Assembly: GCA_964016885.1 (NCBI GenBank)
Contig: OZ024743.1
Location: 287,618,001-287,682,000, forward strand
Origin: Eledone cirrhosa
Taxonomy: Eukaryota
Length of the DNA stretch: 64,000 bases
Direction: 5' to 3'
Position 1 is the stretch's first letter. Each line of letters starts with the position of its first letter. Shown in pieces: positions 13,235 through 29,460 of this stretch. The notes under the pieces are model-generated. The model saw only the letters and a list, made by a program, of their open reading frames with translations, was not told where the DNA came from and searched no databases. The position numbers and the translations under genes are program-made.

Positions 13235-14238
13235 AAATTAAGATAGATTAAAAGAATTCAATCAGAATCGAAATTGTGGGTGTCATTCCTTAACGGAATG
13301 CGCCATATCGCCCGGAAAATAAGCTCTAGGATTTTGTAGGTACGAGCATTTAATAATAACTAGGAATTGATCAACATATATATAAATAAATATAAACATG
13401 AAAAATCACAGGAGATAATTTCTACAAGCGTGTAACCACGCATGGCTAGTAGGTAACAAGTAAATAAAGTTAACTAGAACTTCAAAAATATATACCTTTT
13501 AATGATTAATCTTCCCTGTATATATTTCATTAAAGAAATATATTTCACCAATTAATCAGATGGTAAGTCACGGAAAGTGGATATTATTGGATTATCAACA
13601 AGGAAGAATAATATCAAGCGATCCATGTTTACACTTCGAGTCAAAATCTTAAACTGGCCGTTACCACGTGTTGATATTACACATCACAGCGGCTTCGTTT
13701 CAGTGGCGTGAATAGGTATTCGACAACTAGAAATAGCAGTCAATTCCCTTCAACAGAGTTAGCTCTACAATTAAGGAGCAGTATTTATATATCTATATCC
13801 AAAATTATGATAGATTAAAAGAATTCAATCAGAATCGAAATTGTGGGTGTCATTCCTTAACGGAATGCGTCATATCGCCCGAAAAATAAGCTCTAGGACT
13901 TTGTAGGTACGAGCATTTAATAATAACTAGGAATTGATCAACATATATATAAATAAATATAAACATGAAAAATCACAGGAGATAATTTCTACAAGCGTGT
14001 AACCACGCATGGCTAGTAGGTAACAAGTAAATAAAGTTAACTAGAATTTCAAAAATATATACCTTTTAATGATTAATCTTCCCTGTATATATTTCATTAG
14101 AGAAATATATTTCACCAATTAATCAGATGGTAAGTCACGGAAAGTGGATATTATTGGATTATCAACAAGGAAGAAATTATCTCCTGTGATTTTTCATGTT
14201 TATATTTATTTATATATATGTTGATCAATTCCTAGTTA

Positions 14239-14243
<5 letters not shown>
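13233..14243. repeat. Tandem duplication (period ~567 bp) ending in a ~70 bp inversion, within (TA)n; PLE-like architecture, unclassified
   Basis: 13233-13609 repeated at 13800-14174; 14173-14243 is the reverse complement of ~13918-13990. Confidence 0.8.
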
Positions 14244-16067
<1,824 letters not shown>

Positions 16068-16287
16068 TATCTTTTACTCTTTTACCTGTTCCAGCCATCC
16101 GACTGAGGCCACGCTGGGCACCGCCCTTGTTGCTACACATTCTATCTCCAGCCTGTGTTTACTGGCCACTGGTGCAAGAGGGAGTTCGTTGCTGCTGCCC
16201 TTAAGTTACATTCCTATCGTCCTCAATAGAAAGATTGAAGGGACGGGCAGAGTGGAATTTGAAAAATAACAGGTCCATTCATGTTGC

Positions 16288-16386
<99 letters not shown>

Positions 16387-16418
16387 ACATATATATATTT
16401 GTATATATATGTATGTAT

Positions 16419-17170
<752 letters not shown>

Positions 17171-17224
17171 TTGTTTCGACACAAGATTTCATATAAAAAA
17201 CCTCGCAAAACTAATTCATCGCCG

Positions 17225-17300
<76 letters not shown>

Positions 17301-17305
<5 letters not shown>

Positions 17306-18170
17306 TAAACTAAATATTAAGATAGTAGAAAGACCAGGTACCTCCATAAAAACACTTATTAATAATACATACCCTTTTCAAAGACCTCCCTGTATAGATA
17401 AGAAATGCATAATCTGTAAACTAAGCCCCCATATTAACTGTAAAACTAGAAATATAGTATATAGCATAAAATGTACTGAAGGACAATGTAAAGATAAGAA
17501 TATAGTGTACATAGGTGAGACAGCTCGTAGTATAGGAGAACGATTAAATGAACACTGGCGAGAGCTTCAAGATAGAAAAAAATTCATCAGTACTCCACCA
17601 ACATGCTAAAATAGAACATAAGGGCAAATTAGAGAACATAGAAATAAAAATAAAATCTACACACAGAAAAGACGCAATATTTAGACAAATCACAGAGGCA
17701 ATAAACATAAATGAACTCCAACCAAAATTAAATAGAAAACATGAATGGAGTAGCAACATCACAACTTACAATTAAGGACAAAATGAAAACACACACACAT
17801 AGAACAAACAACCAACCAGTAACATGTAAATAAACAAATAAATAAACAAACAAAAACACACACATACACCCAGATGTAACACATGCGCAAACTAAGCACA
17901 CCACACACACAAAAACAAGATAGCGTAGGACAGAACAAAAGAGAGGCACAAAACAAAGAGAAGAATCCCCAGGCACTGAAGAGGTCACAGAATGTGACAA
18001 GAACTTTGACAATATATGAACAACCGTCCGGTTGTGGAAACAACCAACCAACCAACCGGAAATTTATAAATTCTTAAATTTATAAATTTAATTTATAATA
18101 AATTGGAGTGAAAGCAATTGGTGCGTGTGTTTCTTGTTGGCAACATGACCCTCCCAAAATATAACAATAT
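17301..18170 (+). mobile_element. 5'-truncated Penelope-like element (Cys linker + GIY-YIG + pLTR); possibly Naiad-like
   Basis: CIDKKCIIC..C..NIVYSIKC..YIGETARSIGERLNEH, frameshift, SVLHQH..RQITEAINI..LNRKHEW; (TA)n on both sides; degenerate hammerhead ~17972-18010. Confidence 0.88.
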
Positions 18171-18184
18171 ATATATATATATAA

Positions 18185-18262
<78 letters not shown>

Positions 18263-18281
18263 CATATATACATATATACAT

Positions 18282-18382
<101 letters not shown>

Positions 18383-18750
18383 TAAATAAATATACATGCG
18401 TGTGTATGATTGTGTATAGAAGATTATATTAATAAAAGGAATTCCAACTTTGTCTGATTTACTCGTCTTATTTACAATCCTTTAAAATGTATAATGGTAT
18501 TAAAATGAAATAATATGGTAGAATATTAAATGTTAAGTGTTAATTGAACAAGTACTTTCATGATTTCGCAATCTTCCGGTTCATATTGTGTGGTGACAGT
18601 CAAGTTTGCAATTTTCAACTGTAATGAAATTTGTAAATTTTGTGCCTTATATACAGTGAGAAGCGGCTACAGGATGTACAATTTTGCAAACAGTATTTCG
18701 ACAAATCGGTGTGTAGTTTCACTGGATTACTAAAGCTATATATATATATA

Positions 18751-19692
18751 ACTCCCCTTCCTCGACATCCTCATTAAGATTCATAACAAAAATATAGAAA
18801 CAGACATATACTACAAGCCCACAGACTCCAAGCAATATCTTCCTTTCAACTCTTGCCACTCTAGACACGTTAAAATTAATATTCCCTACAACTTAGCCAA
18901 GAGAATCTGTACTATAGTCTCCAATAAAAACACCTGCTACTTACGGCTATAAGAACTAAAGGACACACTCATAGGCAAGGACTACCCTGTATCACTAATT
19001 GACAATGGAATCCAACGTGCCCTAAAACTTAGTACTCAGGACCTTAGGCACCCTAAAGTAAATCAACCGAAACTAAAAGCTCTTCCATACATCTCCACAC
19101 ACAACCCCCTCAACAATGAGGCCTTTGAACCATCCTCCAGAACATCCCTGTGTTGGAAAAGGACCATAGAATGAACCAAATCCTACGAACACACGATATC
19201 ATAAAGAGCAAAAGACAATCTAAGTCAATGAAAAACATCCTAACACATGCCAAAGTACTGCCAACCACAACAACGAAACCCACAGTAAAAAAATGCGATA
19301 GACCCAACTGTGGCATATGCATCAACCTAATAAAGGGTTCGGAATTCTATTTCAAAGAAGGACAACGTTTTATAGTAAAACGCAATTTCACATGCGCATC
19401 AGAAAATCTAATATATGTATTAACTTGCTCAGGTTGTCGAGAACAATACATAGGCCAGACCAAAAACAGCCTCCGCCAACGCATGACTGTCCATAGATCC
19501 CAAATTAAAATACGGTAATACAGGAAAATACCACTGAGTGAACACATTGATACCTATGCCGCCCAAAATCATCCCAACTTCAGAATCTTTCCCCTCTACA
19601 AATTTAAAGATAATGCCACCCACACCCAGCGCATCAGCAAGGAATCTCACTTTATTAACAAATACGGACCCTATCTAAACACTTCTCCCTAA
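18751..19692 (+). mobile_element. Penelope-like element fragment (RT thumb, Cys linker, GIY-YIG); possibly Neptune-like
   Basis: LPFLDILI..TDIYYKPTDSKQYL..SCH; CDRPNCGIC; FTCASENLIYVLTCSGCREQYIGQT..LRQRMTVH; starts at a (TA)n tract. Confidence 0.88.
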
Positions 19693-20333
19693 GACGAACC
19701 CACAACATACACACGTCAACATACATACCTACATCAGCATACATCTCTATCCACATATAAACATAATGACATACGTAAACACACATGTTCTATGGTGCAA
19801 CACAAATATACACAAATTTGCATACCTTTTGATGTCTATAGATATAAACGTGCCAACACACACACATAAATATACGCACACATGCATTGCACACTGATGG
19901 GCACATACATATTTGTACACAAGTATTCCAATACGGCAAGGCCTAATGCATTCCCCTTGCAGTACGTACAATCTGGACACTCACACACACCTTGGTATTA
20001 TGCCAATACTATATATCATTTCACACCTTTTATTATTAAGGTTTTTGATGTTCTATTGAGAGAATCGTTTTTACTGAAAATATCGAATAATGTACACCAT
20101 TTTTACCAGTATCACAAAAATACTGGTCCACCCACACACACACATATATATACACACACACACACATATATACACACACACATACACACGCGTACATTAA
20201 CATACAAAGAGACATACACACACACTTCTCCGTATAAGACAAGAGCTGAAAAATATCTTTTTACATGTTAAAATATCCCCACACACGTACAGACACATTC
20301 CTACTGACTATCCCTATACCACGAATTACTCTG

Positions 20334-20429
<96 letters not shown>

Positions 20430-21376
20430 ACACACACACACACACACTCACACACACACACTTGTCTTAATAGGCATTTGAACTGTCAACAGGTTGCGGT
20501 TCGCACACACATCCCTGCTGACCATTATCACAACAACGAACTTCTTTACTACTACTACTACACACACACACATATTTGTCTTGAAAGACTTATTTTTCAG
20601 TGACTTCTCAATCAGCCGAGACAAACCTACATTTGGCGCAAAATCAATTTTTAACATTCACATGACCTCTACCGACCAATCAAAATTGTTTTGACCACAA
20701 GAATTTCTTCATACATCTGGAGCCACTTTTTTTTACATAAAACAGGTAGAATTTCCAAAACTAATCAGATTAGAGCATTGTAGAATCGAAGTTTGGTGAA
20801 TAATTTGAAGAAGTGAAGTTTTATCATATCGTACCATATAGATGAGAAACTTGGTTATTATAGATTGCTGAGAAAGCTGAATGTTGATCACATCGGGTTC
20901 ACCAATTGAAGCGAAGCTGGTTAGTAGTTATCATTAGAAGAAATAACACGAATAGCTCGTTTACTTTTGATATAAAAGATTTACTTCACTTCATAAATGA
21001 ACAAAGAATAGGTCACTAAGAGTTATAACGGTTGAAGATGTTTTTGAAGTTGCTTCGTGATGCTGGTGTAGTCTGTGGCCAGAGAAGTTGAGAAGTCCGT
21101 AGACCAGGAGAGAGAGAGTAAAGGTTTGTAGAAGTCTGTAGACCCCAGGGGCCTGTAGTTAGAGGTGAATGTTTTACATAGCTATTCTCTTGCGTACTGC
21201 TCCGATCTCCCTGTTGCTTGGTCTGGTGCAGGCTATTTATACCTGTCGTTTTATGTTTCCCACCTCGAGGGATCGCCCACGCATGAACTTGTTTACGCCG
21301 GAAAGGAGGTGACACGGAATTTGACCTTTCTGTGTCCCCCAGGGTTCAAGGGGTGGACTGATTTCGCTACATATAT

Positions 21377-21468
<92 letters not shown>

Positions 21469-21603
21469 ATATATATGTATATATATTATACATATATATG
21501 TATATATATATGTATATATATACATATATATGTATATAGGCATGTATATATATACATATACATATATATATATATATGTATGTATGTATATATATATATA
21601 TAT

Positions 21604-21807
<204 letters not shown>

Positions 21808-21897
21808 TAAATATGTATCTATATATATATATATATATATACTTATATATGTATGTATATATATATATATATATATACATATATATATGTATGTATG

Positions 21898-21965
<68 letters not shown>

Positions 21966-22235
21966 AATAAAATAAGGAGTGTGGGACTGCGTCCAGAATA
22001 TATTTTTTTTTATCCCGTTTGTAACAAAAGTTGGATTACTTTGAATAAATAATGAATGAATATTACATAATTTATCTACTAATTTTCGTTATTTTTTATT
22101 AAATATAAATAACTTTGTTGCTTATTTTAAGATTCACTAAAATTTTCAAATGTGAACACTTCCAGTTAGCGATCGCTTAAATAAACATTCATATATTTCT
22201 GTCACTAATTTTCTCCTAATGCAGTTTATATATAA

Positions 22236-22708
22236 CTAGCAGAGGTACCCGGCGTTGCTCGGATATTAAATAGCAGTTGTGTATATCATTTATGTCAATA
22301 CTTCAGTGCTGCTTCGAAAAGTATACTCTTACAAAATCATCGGCTATTTCCAAAAGGGGGTTACTGCCCCCCAGGGGTCACCTACTCAATATGTGCCAAT
22401 TCTGAGAGTTCACATTCATCTGTAGGACAAACGTAGCCCATGTGTCAAGTTTTGTGAAAATCGGTTGCGAACTCCAGAAGTTATGACGTTTTGTTGCATT
22501 GCACTGCAGTGCTTCAGTCGACTCCAAGTGGTTAAAGGGGTTATCTACCGAGGGGCCCTATAATCAATATCTGGAAAAATGACAGTGCCCATGACCATCC
22601 GGAGTACATAAGTAACCTATGTCTTAAGTTTGGTGAAAATACTGTAGAAATGCATGAGATTTATACATACGCGCATGCGTTCGTGTATGTATTTGTGTGT
22701 GCGTATGT

Positions 22709-22739
<31 letters not shown>

Positions 22740-24015
22740 TTGTATGTATTTGTGTGTGCGTATGTATGTGTATGCCCGTCGGGGCATACGTATGTACTGG
22801 CCTAAATCTTCACTATTTACTTTTACTATTTTAATAACCTCCGTCATTTTCGTTTTCAATTTTATTTACATCATTCTTAAACTCCGGGGCTGGAAATCAT
22901 TCTGTTATTTTAAATAGAATATTAGTCTAACGACTCCATTTATACCATAAACTTGGTCTTGTCTTTACATGAAATTGTTCTTCACGTTCCACATAACGAC
23001 GTATTATCCTCGCTTTTTTTCCGTTCATTGCCAGAGAACGTCTTCACGAACCAAAATATCGTCTTCCTGTTTTCGTTCGGTTGGAACGTTTCTCGAAATA
23101 TTTACTTCTGCGTTCACAGATTACTCTCAGTTTAATTTGAATGGGAAATTCCTGTTTCATCGATTTTCTCCGTAACCATGGAAGCTTGTAGTAGCCAAAA
23201 GTTTATTAACAGCGAAATAACGTTGTCTTTGATATGTTATTTTAAATAAGACAATGATTTGAAAAATACTACTTACTGTTAGTGGTGGTTAACATGTATT
23301 AGAAATAAAATGAAAATGATATCTTAAAAAACGTACTTGATAACATGACTCCCTTCTTCTCAATTTAAGGGTTTTATTTCATTTGATGGAAAACTGACTG
23401 TTTTCGGTTTGGCATTTCGTAAAATGGTACTGCAGAATTGATTTCATAAAACGGTACTGTATGATAGTTTACACTTTGATTGCCCTGGTCAGCAAGAGGG
23501 GCCTCTATATATTAGATATTTATTAGAAGAAGGGGAAATAACTAACCACAGTATTAGAACAGGGGGTTCGCAATGTAAGGGTTTTATTTGTTTTGTTAGA
23601 AAACAGTTACCTTTTTCGTTTTGGTATTTCGTAAAATTCTACTGCAGAATCGATTTCATAAAACAGTACTGTATGGTCGTTATAGAATTATTTAAATTTA
23701 ATATAGAGCAATTGTATTTTAAAAATGAAAATGAAACGTACTGTAGTAGCCAAAAGTTTATTAACAGCGAATTAACGTTGTCTTTGATATGTTTTTTTAG
23801 ACAAAAGTATTAGAACAGGGGGAAATAACTCACCGAACGCGATAGTTTTGGGGCCCCAGAGACCACATTTTTCAAGTTAGAGATTTGTCTATTTGCTTCC
23901 TTGGCACTTTTTACATAGGTGTGTAAATTTTCATGTCCGTCCGACCACGTCTACTACCATTTAACCGTGCACATCTGAATTTCAACCACTGCCCATTTCA
24001 CAAATATATATTAGA
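22236..24015 (-). mobile_element. Non-autonomous Helitron
   Basis: Minus strand A|TCTAATATATA...CCGAGCAACGCCGGG..CTGCTAG|T; no TSD; internal duplications and a second 5'-like motif at ~23515. Confidence 0.72.
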
Positions 24016-25865
24016 TATCGTCTTTTTTTAATGTATCATGGATTACGTTACTGATTATATAAGACAGTGAGTGTAATGCAGTCTACGTTCAATTTCTGTG
24101 TATATTGTCAATTACCATTTTATTTGATGCATCATATCTACATGCATATATACTTGCGTATATCAATATGCACACTACACATGCTAGCAGAAAACCACCC
24201 GAACGGTGGTTTTTCTGCTAGTATATATAAAAGAAGTTGAAAATGTAATTGGAGTCTTTAAGAAGGTATCTTTGCCGGTTTCACAAGTTTCATGATTTTC
24301 AAAAGTCAAGAGAGATGGCGGAATGTGTGGCTATGTCGACTTGCAACTCGCATCTAATTGATGTTGGGAATTTCTTTTAGTTTTACACCCAAAATACGTT
24401 CACACACACACACACACACCCAGAGGCGTCTTTACATGGTATGTAGTTTAATTGCTACCCATTGTTTCATAGAGTTTTTCTAGATGATACAACCACGGGT
24501 GAATCACTAGACAAAACACTAACAGGTATGGTGACATACGAGAAATTGGGAGAAAAGACATTACGTAGTTGCAATCCAAATCAATTTTCCAACCTAAGCC
24601 ATTTCACGTTTATTGAATAGCAGATGAAAATTATCAAAGATTTTTTTATGTCTGATAGAGATTGTACGTTTAAGAAATGAAGTTTTATGAATATTTATGA
24701 ATGTATTCATGAGTGTATTTCAGCGTCGTTATCTGATGGTATTTGATTGAGTATATATATTAATTTGAATAGAAGTATGCCTTTGTGTAACTTTGCTGCG
24801 TACGTAAGTCAATTTTTGAGTAGTTATATGTAGTTTGTGAGGTATGTGTGTATATATTGCCGTGACCATAATTATCATGTTATGGGTTTTTCAAAAGAAG
24901 CATATTAGAATATATAGTATATATTCCTTGCATCAGCCATACGTGATGGTCTTTTCTTGCGTAGAATAAATCTGAATAGATTTATTTGTGTATCTGGAGT
25001 TGTGGATTATTGCTGAATATTTGTGTGTGTATGTGTGTGTGGAGGGGAGCAGTTATGGTTAATGATGTTTGCGTGTTTCTTGAGTTTCTCTGAGGGCTCA
25101 TTTGAAGGAGCTAAAATGATGTATTTGTTAGGACTAGGGTTAACAATTGCGCTCGAAGTGACCTACGTGTTGTGTTCAAGCAGGGTTGTGTGTTATCTTT
25201 TTTGTGGATGGGATCTCCGAATGTTACAAAATAAACCTTTCGCGTGGGAGCATCTGTTAAAAAGGTTGCTGAAACACTGTAGCTGGTTTAATATGGACCA
25301 GTATGTGCTTTGCAAAAGTAACATTTCTTTGGTCCATTGGAATAAGGTTTGCATCGTTTAATGATGCATGTAAGAATATTCTTAAGTCAATGTCTACGGC
25401 TTGTCAAGCGAAAACAACAGCGTCGTCTAGCGGGGATCTAGATATCGAAGGGCAAATATCCGCAACATTTTACTAGGTGAACTTGGCCCTATTCTTATTT
25501 TCAAAGTTCTCACTTGAAAAGTGGCTTTAGCGTAGTCCACTCTCTTGCAAACATTCAGATCAGATCTCCTATTTGAGGATACCTCCCTCCCCCCCTCTTT
25601 CCATCAGTCCAAATGCTCCGAAAACCTTTATACATTGACTAAACAGTAAAAAAAGAAATTCAAAGCCCGCTGTTATCTCACAATGTCAAGTCTCGTCATT
25701 AGCTTCCAATTTGCTGTGAGTTCAGAACCAGTCCACAATCAAGCGTTTCCATTCATGACCAAAGAAGCAGGTAGCACACACATTTAGGACCACATACAAC
25801 AAAAGGCAGGTGAACGGGGTGGACAAACGAGCCACTAGTGTCGCGAGGAGCACAGGGAAACCTCT

Positions 25866-26250
25866 CTAATAAGTTTTGAGGCAAGCCAGCACGCTCACAG
25901 CGTTACCTTGGGTGATGGCGAGGCTGAGGTGCTGGAACAACCAAGCGCCCTGACGAGCATCACCAGTTACCTCGGTTAGGCGAGCCGCCAGTGAAGATAA
26001 GAACCTCGCAGTCAGTAGTCTGATTCCCCCAAACGTCTCGAACGTCACAGGCTAGGAAATGTAGTTAGCTGACAGAACACGGTATCTTAGGATTTTGTTC
26101 CGTTCAGCTGCGGATGGTGTAGCTCTCGCCCTTACCGCTACATCCAGGATCAGGGAAAAAGTAAAAGTCATTAACTGTGGCGTCCCAGATAAGGCACTTG
26201 CCTCTTTATCAGGGGCACAGGGCAAGACCGTCAGGTCTTCTCCCATCAAT
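25866..26250 (-). mobile_element. CRE-clade non-LTR retrotransposon 3' fragment (restriction-like endonuclease)
   Basis: Joined frames: DGRRPDGLALCP**RGKCLIWDATV...AAERNKILRY...PVTFETFGG...GDARQGAWLFQHLSLAITQGNAVSV. Confidence 0.8.
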
Positions 26251-26394
26251 TCTGGCCAATCAAAATTGAGGGGATGTTTGCCCGGGCCAAAGTGCTTAAC
26301 TGGTAATAGGACAGTGTGTGTATGTGCACGCGCGTGATTTTGTCGGCGCTCTTAAATTAGAGACGCGTGTGTGTATGTGTGTGTGTCATATATA

Positions 26395-26456
<62 letters not shown>

Positions 26457-26710
26457 TTTGGTTTTGGAAGCCTCAACAATGCAGATGGGTAAATCTCCGG
26501 GTAACGGAATCAGGTGGTGAAGAATGAGATGTATAGTGTGTAGAGGAACGTAGGAAAGAGCGTAACAAATAAAAATAATAGCACGAGATAGAGTTACCTT
26601 GGGAAAGAGTTAATTGTCCCTATATTTCGGATTCGCATCCATCAACTGGGGGGGGGGGGGGGAGTTATCTGTCGGAGAGGAACGGTACGTGGCCTCTGTT
26701 GTCCGCTGTT

Positions 26711-26750
<40 letters not shown>

Positions 26751-26833
26751 GGAAAAATTTGAACAGGGACAAAACAGAGAGGCAGTACAACGAATGTTTA
26801 TTAATTTCACGCTCTGGAGAGTGGGGTGTTGGT

Positions 26834-26873
26834 GGGGGACGACGTTTCGGGCATAAGCCCTTCCTTAGGTGAG
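26834..26873 (-). ncRNA. Degenerate minimal hammerhead motif
   Basis: CTAAGGA-A-GGGC TTAT GCCC-GAAACGTC; mutated core and weak stem I. Confidence 0.45.
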
Positions 26874-26894
26874 AAGTGTGTTGGAACAGAGTTC

Positions 26895-26944
<50 letters not shown>

Positions 26945-27034
26945 ACCGTTTTTAAGTTAGAGACACTCCCTTCCCTTTACCCACATACATTCACACAAAC
27001 ACACATTGTGTGACGGGCGAATGGACAGAAGTCG

Positions 27035-27690
27035 TTTGAATTTATATACATATGAATGGAGTTCTACTGAAGCAGGTAGAACAGTTCAAGTATCTCGGTG
27101 CCGTGTTCATGAGTGATGGAAAGCAGGAGACTGAATTAAGTGCAAGAATTGCAAAAGCTGATGCAGTAATACGCCAGCTTCAGCATTCAGAAGGGAGATA
27201 AGTGTAAAAGCCAAATTCACTGTTTTCCTGGTATTTCTGCCAACCCTTACCTATAGTCATGAATCTTGCGTAATGACCGAAATAATACGATTGCAAATAC
27301 AAGCGGCCGAAATGGGGTTCCTCTGAAGGGTCTTTGGAGTAACTTTAGTCGATAAAGTGCATAGCTCCGAGATCAGAGAGTCATTCCAGGTCGAGCCGCT
27401 ACTTCTCCAGATTGAGAGATCACAGCTCCGTTTCTATGGACATGTGGTCAGAATGTCTCAGAAAAGAATCACTGGACATATTTTACGGGCAAAACCAATC
27501 GGCAGGATACCCAGAGGGAGACCCTGAGCAAGATAGTTGGATAACATCCATGGGCTTGGCTGGTCACGCTTTAGGATCCAGGTGGATCAGCTGGAGATGT
27601 TTGCTTCTGACAGACTCGCTGGAAGGAGTGTTTGAGAAGGACTCTGCCCCCACGACCCTCTCAGAAATAAGTGGGGGAAAAAGATATTAT
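27035..27690 (+). mobile_element. Decayed 3' fragment of a different RTE family (Expander/Rex3-like)
   Basis: LKQVEQFKYLG, PTLTYSHES, QAAEMGFL, IERSQLRFYGHVVRM, PRGRP. Confidence 0.82.
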
Positions 27691-27944
27691 GCTAGTTATT
27701 TATGATTGGGTTAAGACGATGTCGAGAACAACGGTGCTGTTAATTCTACTTCTTTAACCCCCCCCCCCCTCCTCCTCCTCATCATCATCATCAACTCCAC
27801 CGTCACGACCATCACCATCTGTTGCTGCTGCTGCTCAGAAGAGGTGTTGGGATCTTTAGAGTGAGTGATAGTGTAGAGAAATCTGGAGGAGAAGCGAGGG
27901 GGGGGGGGAGGTTACGACGTGGATAACGAGGCAACGTTATTTTA

Positions 27945-28083
27945 GTTGCCGTTGTTATTATTGTTATTGCTATTACTCCACCTCCACCTCCTCCTCCTCC
28001 TCCTTCTCTTCCTCCCCCTTCTTCTTCTTCTTCTTCTTCTTCTTCTTCTTCTTCTTCTTCTTCTTCTTCTTCTTCTTCTACCC

Positions 28084-28133
<50 letters not shown>

Positions 28134-28210
28134 CAATCATCATTTTGTAATAGTAGCAGTATAGTATAAGCATCAATAGCATAGTAGTAGTAGTGGTAGT
28201 GGTAGTGGTG

Positions 28211-28248
<38 letters not shown>

Positions 28249-28471
28249 GGTAGTAGTAGTAGCAGAAGTGGTGGTGGTAGTAGCAATAGTAGTGGTAGTA
28301 GTATTAATAGTAGTAGTAGTGGTAGTAGTAGTGGCGGTGGTGGTAGTAATAGTAGTAGTAGTAGTAGTGGTGGTGGTGGTGGTAGTAGTAGTAGTGGTGA
28401 TAGTAGTGGTATTAGTAGTAGTGGTAGTAGTAGTGGTGGTGGTGGTAGTAGTAGTAATGGTAGTAGTAGTG

Positions 28472-28510
<39 letters not shown>

Positions 28511-28535
28511 ATAGTAGTAGTAGAAGTAGTAGTTG
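27945..28535. repeat. Compound trinucleotide microsatellite (TTG/CTC/CTT/CAT/AGT/GGT)
   Basis: Direct reading. Confidence 0.95.
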
Positions 28536-28949
28536 TTCTTTAATATTTAATATTTTAGTCTCACTAACTAGTCGGTCTCCGTTTCCAGAGATAACTTGAG
28601 AGAGAAGAATTAAAGAGTTGACAGTTTGTTTAGACATTTTCTTTTCCCCCCCCCCCCCACGTCCCCACACATCCATCCCATCCTACCCTACCACACGTCT
28701 TCGGTTCTTTGTTTCCAGAACATTCTTCATGTATTTGTTTGACATTTAATAGTATCGTATATCATTAGAATAGGTTAAAATGGTTGACTTGTCGAATTAC
28801 CACAGCATGTTCGCATTCTTAGTCAAGTTTCTTTTCTGCTTGTTTTTCTTTTATATTTACCTCTCTTTTTCATTGGCCTTTGTTTTAGTTTCTCTCTTTC
28901 TTTTGTTGCCTCTGTATGTCTGTCTATCTGTCTGTCTATCTATTTGTCA

Positions 28950-29015
<66 letters not shown>

Positions 29016-29440
29016 AAAGGGCTGAGGTCAGACACCTTTCTCTCCGGCCAACAACTGATTCTTTTTTTCAAATACCACTTTGGAAGAAGAATCAGGATGG
29101 AGAGAGAGGTGCTGTACCCCAGCAAGTTTTATGAAAGGTGGGTGAAAGTGGCGAGAATGGCCCGAGTGAATGGGCCTTCTCTCTATATCAGCCTGTAGGT
29201 TGAGGAAAAGGAGGAGGAGAGGAAAGGAGTACAAGCTCTTCGTACTCCTGGAGATGAGGGTTGCACATTTTTTTCGGGGGTCTGTGTTACCCATATAAAC
29301 TGTCTCCCTCTATTGGGGAAAATCGACTAACTTTTAAATTCCATCTGTGATAACATTTTACACGTTTTTATTGTATGTAAACTTCCCCCTTTGTATTTGT
29401 CCCCTTCTTTTGTGCCCCTGTGGCTAATAAAGAAATATAT
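29016..29440 (+). mobile_element. Tx1 3' fragment, subfamily A, after an (ATCT)n tract
   Basis: Almost identical to 33287-33712; ends GCTAATAAAGAAAT + ATCT. Confidence 0.9.
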
Positions 29441-29460
29441 CTATCTTTCTTTCTTTCTTT

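Noticed and set aside
17380-17500. Selenocysteine-type PLE (UGA in Cys motifs, reported for some Naiads)
   Set aside because: Cys positions here are TGT/TGC with no in-frame TGA
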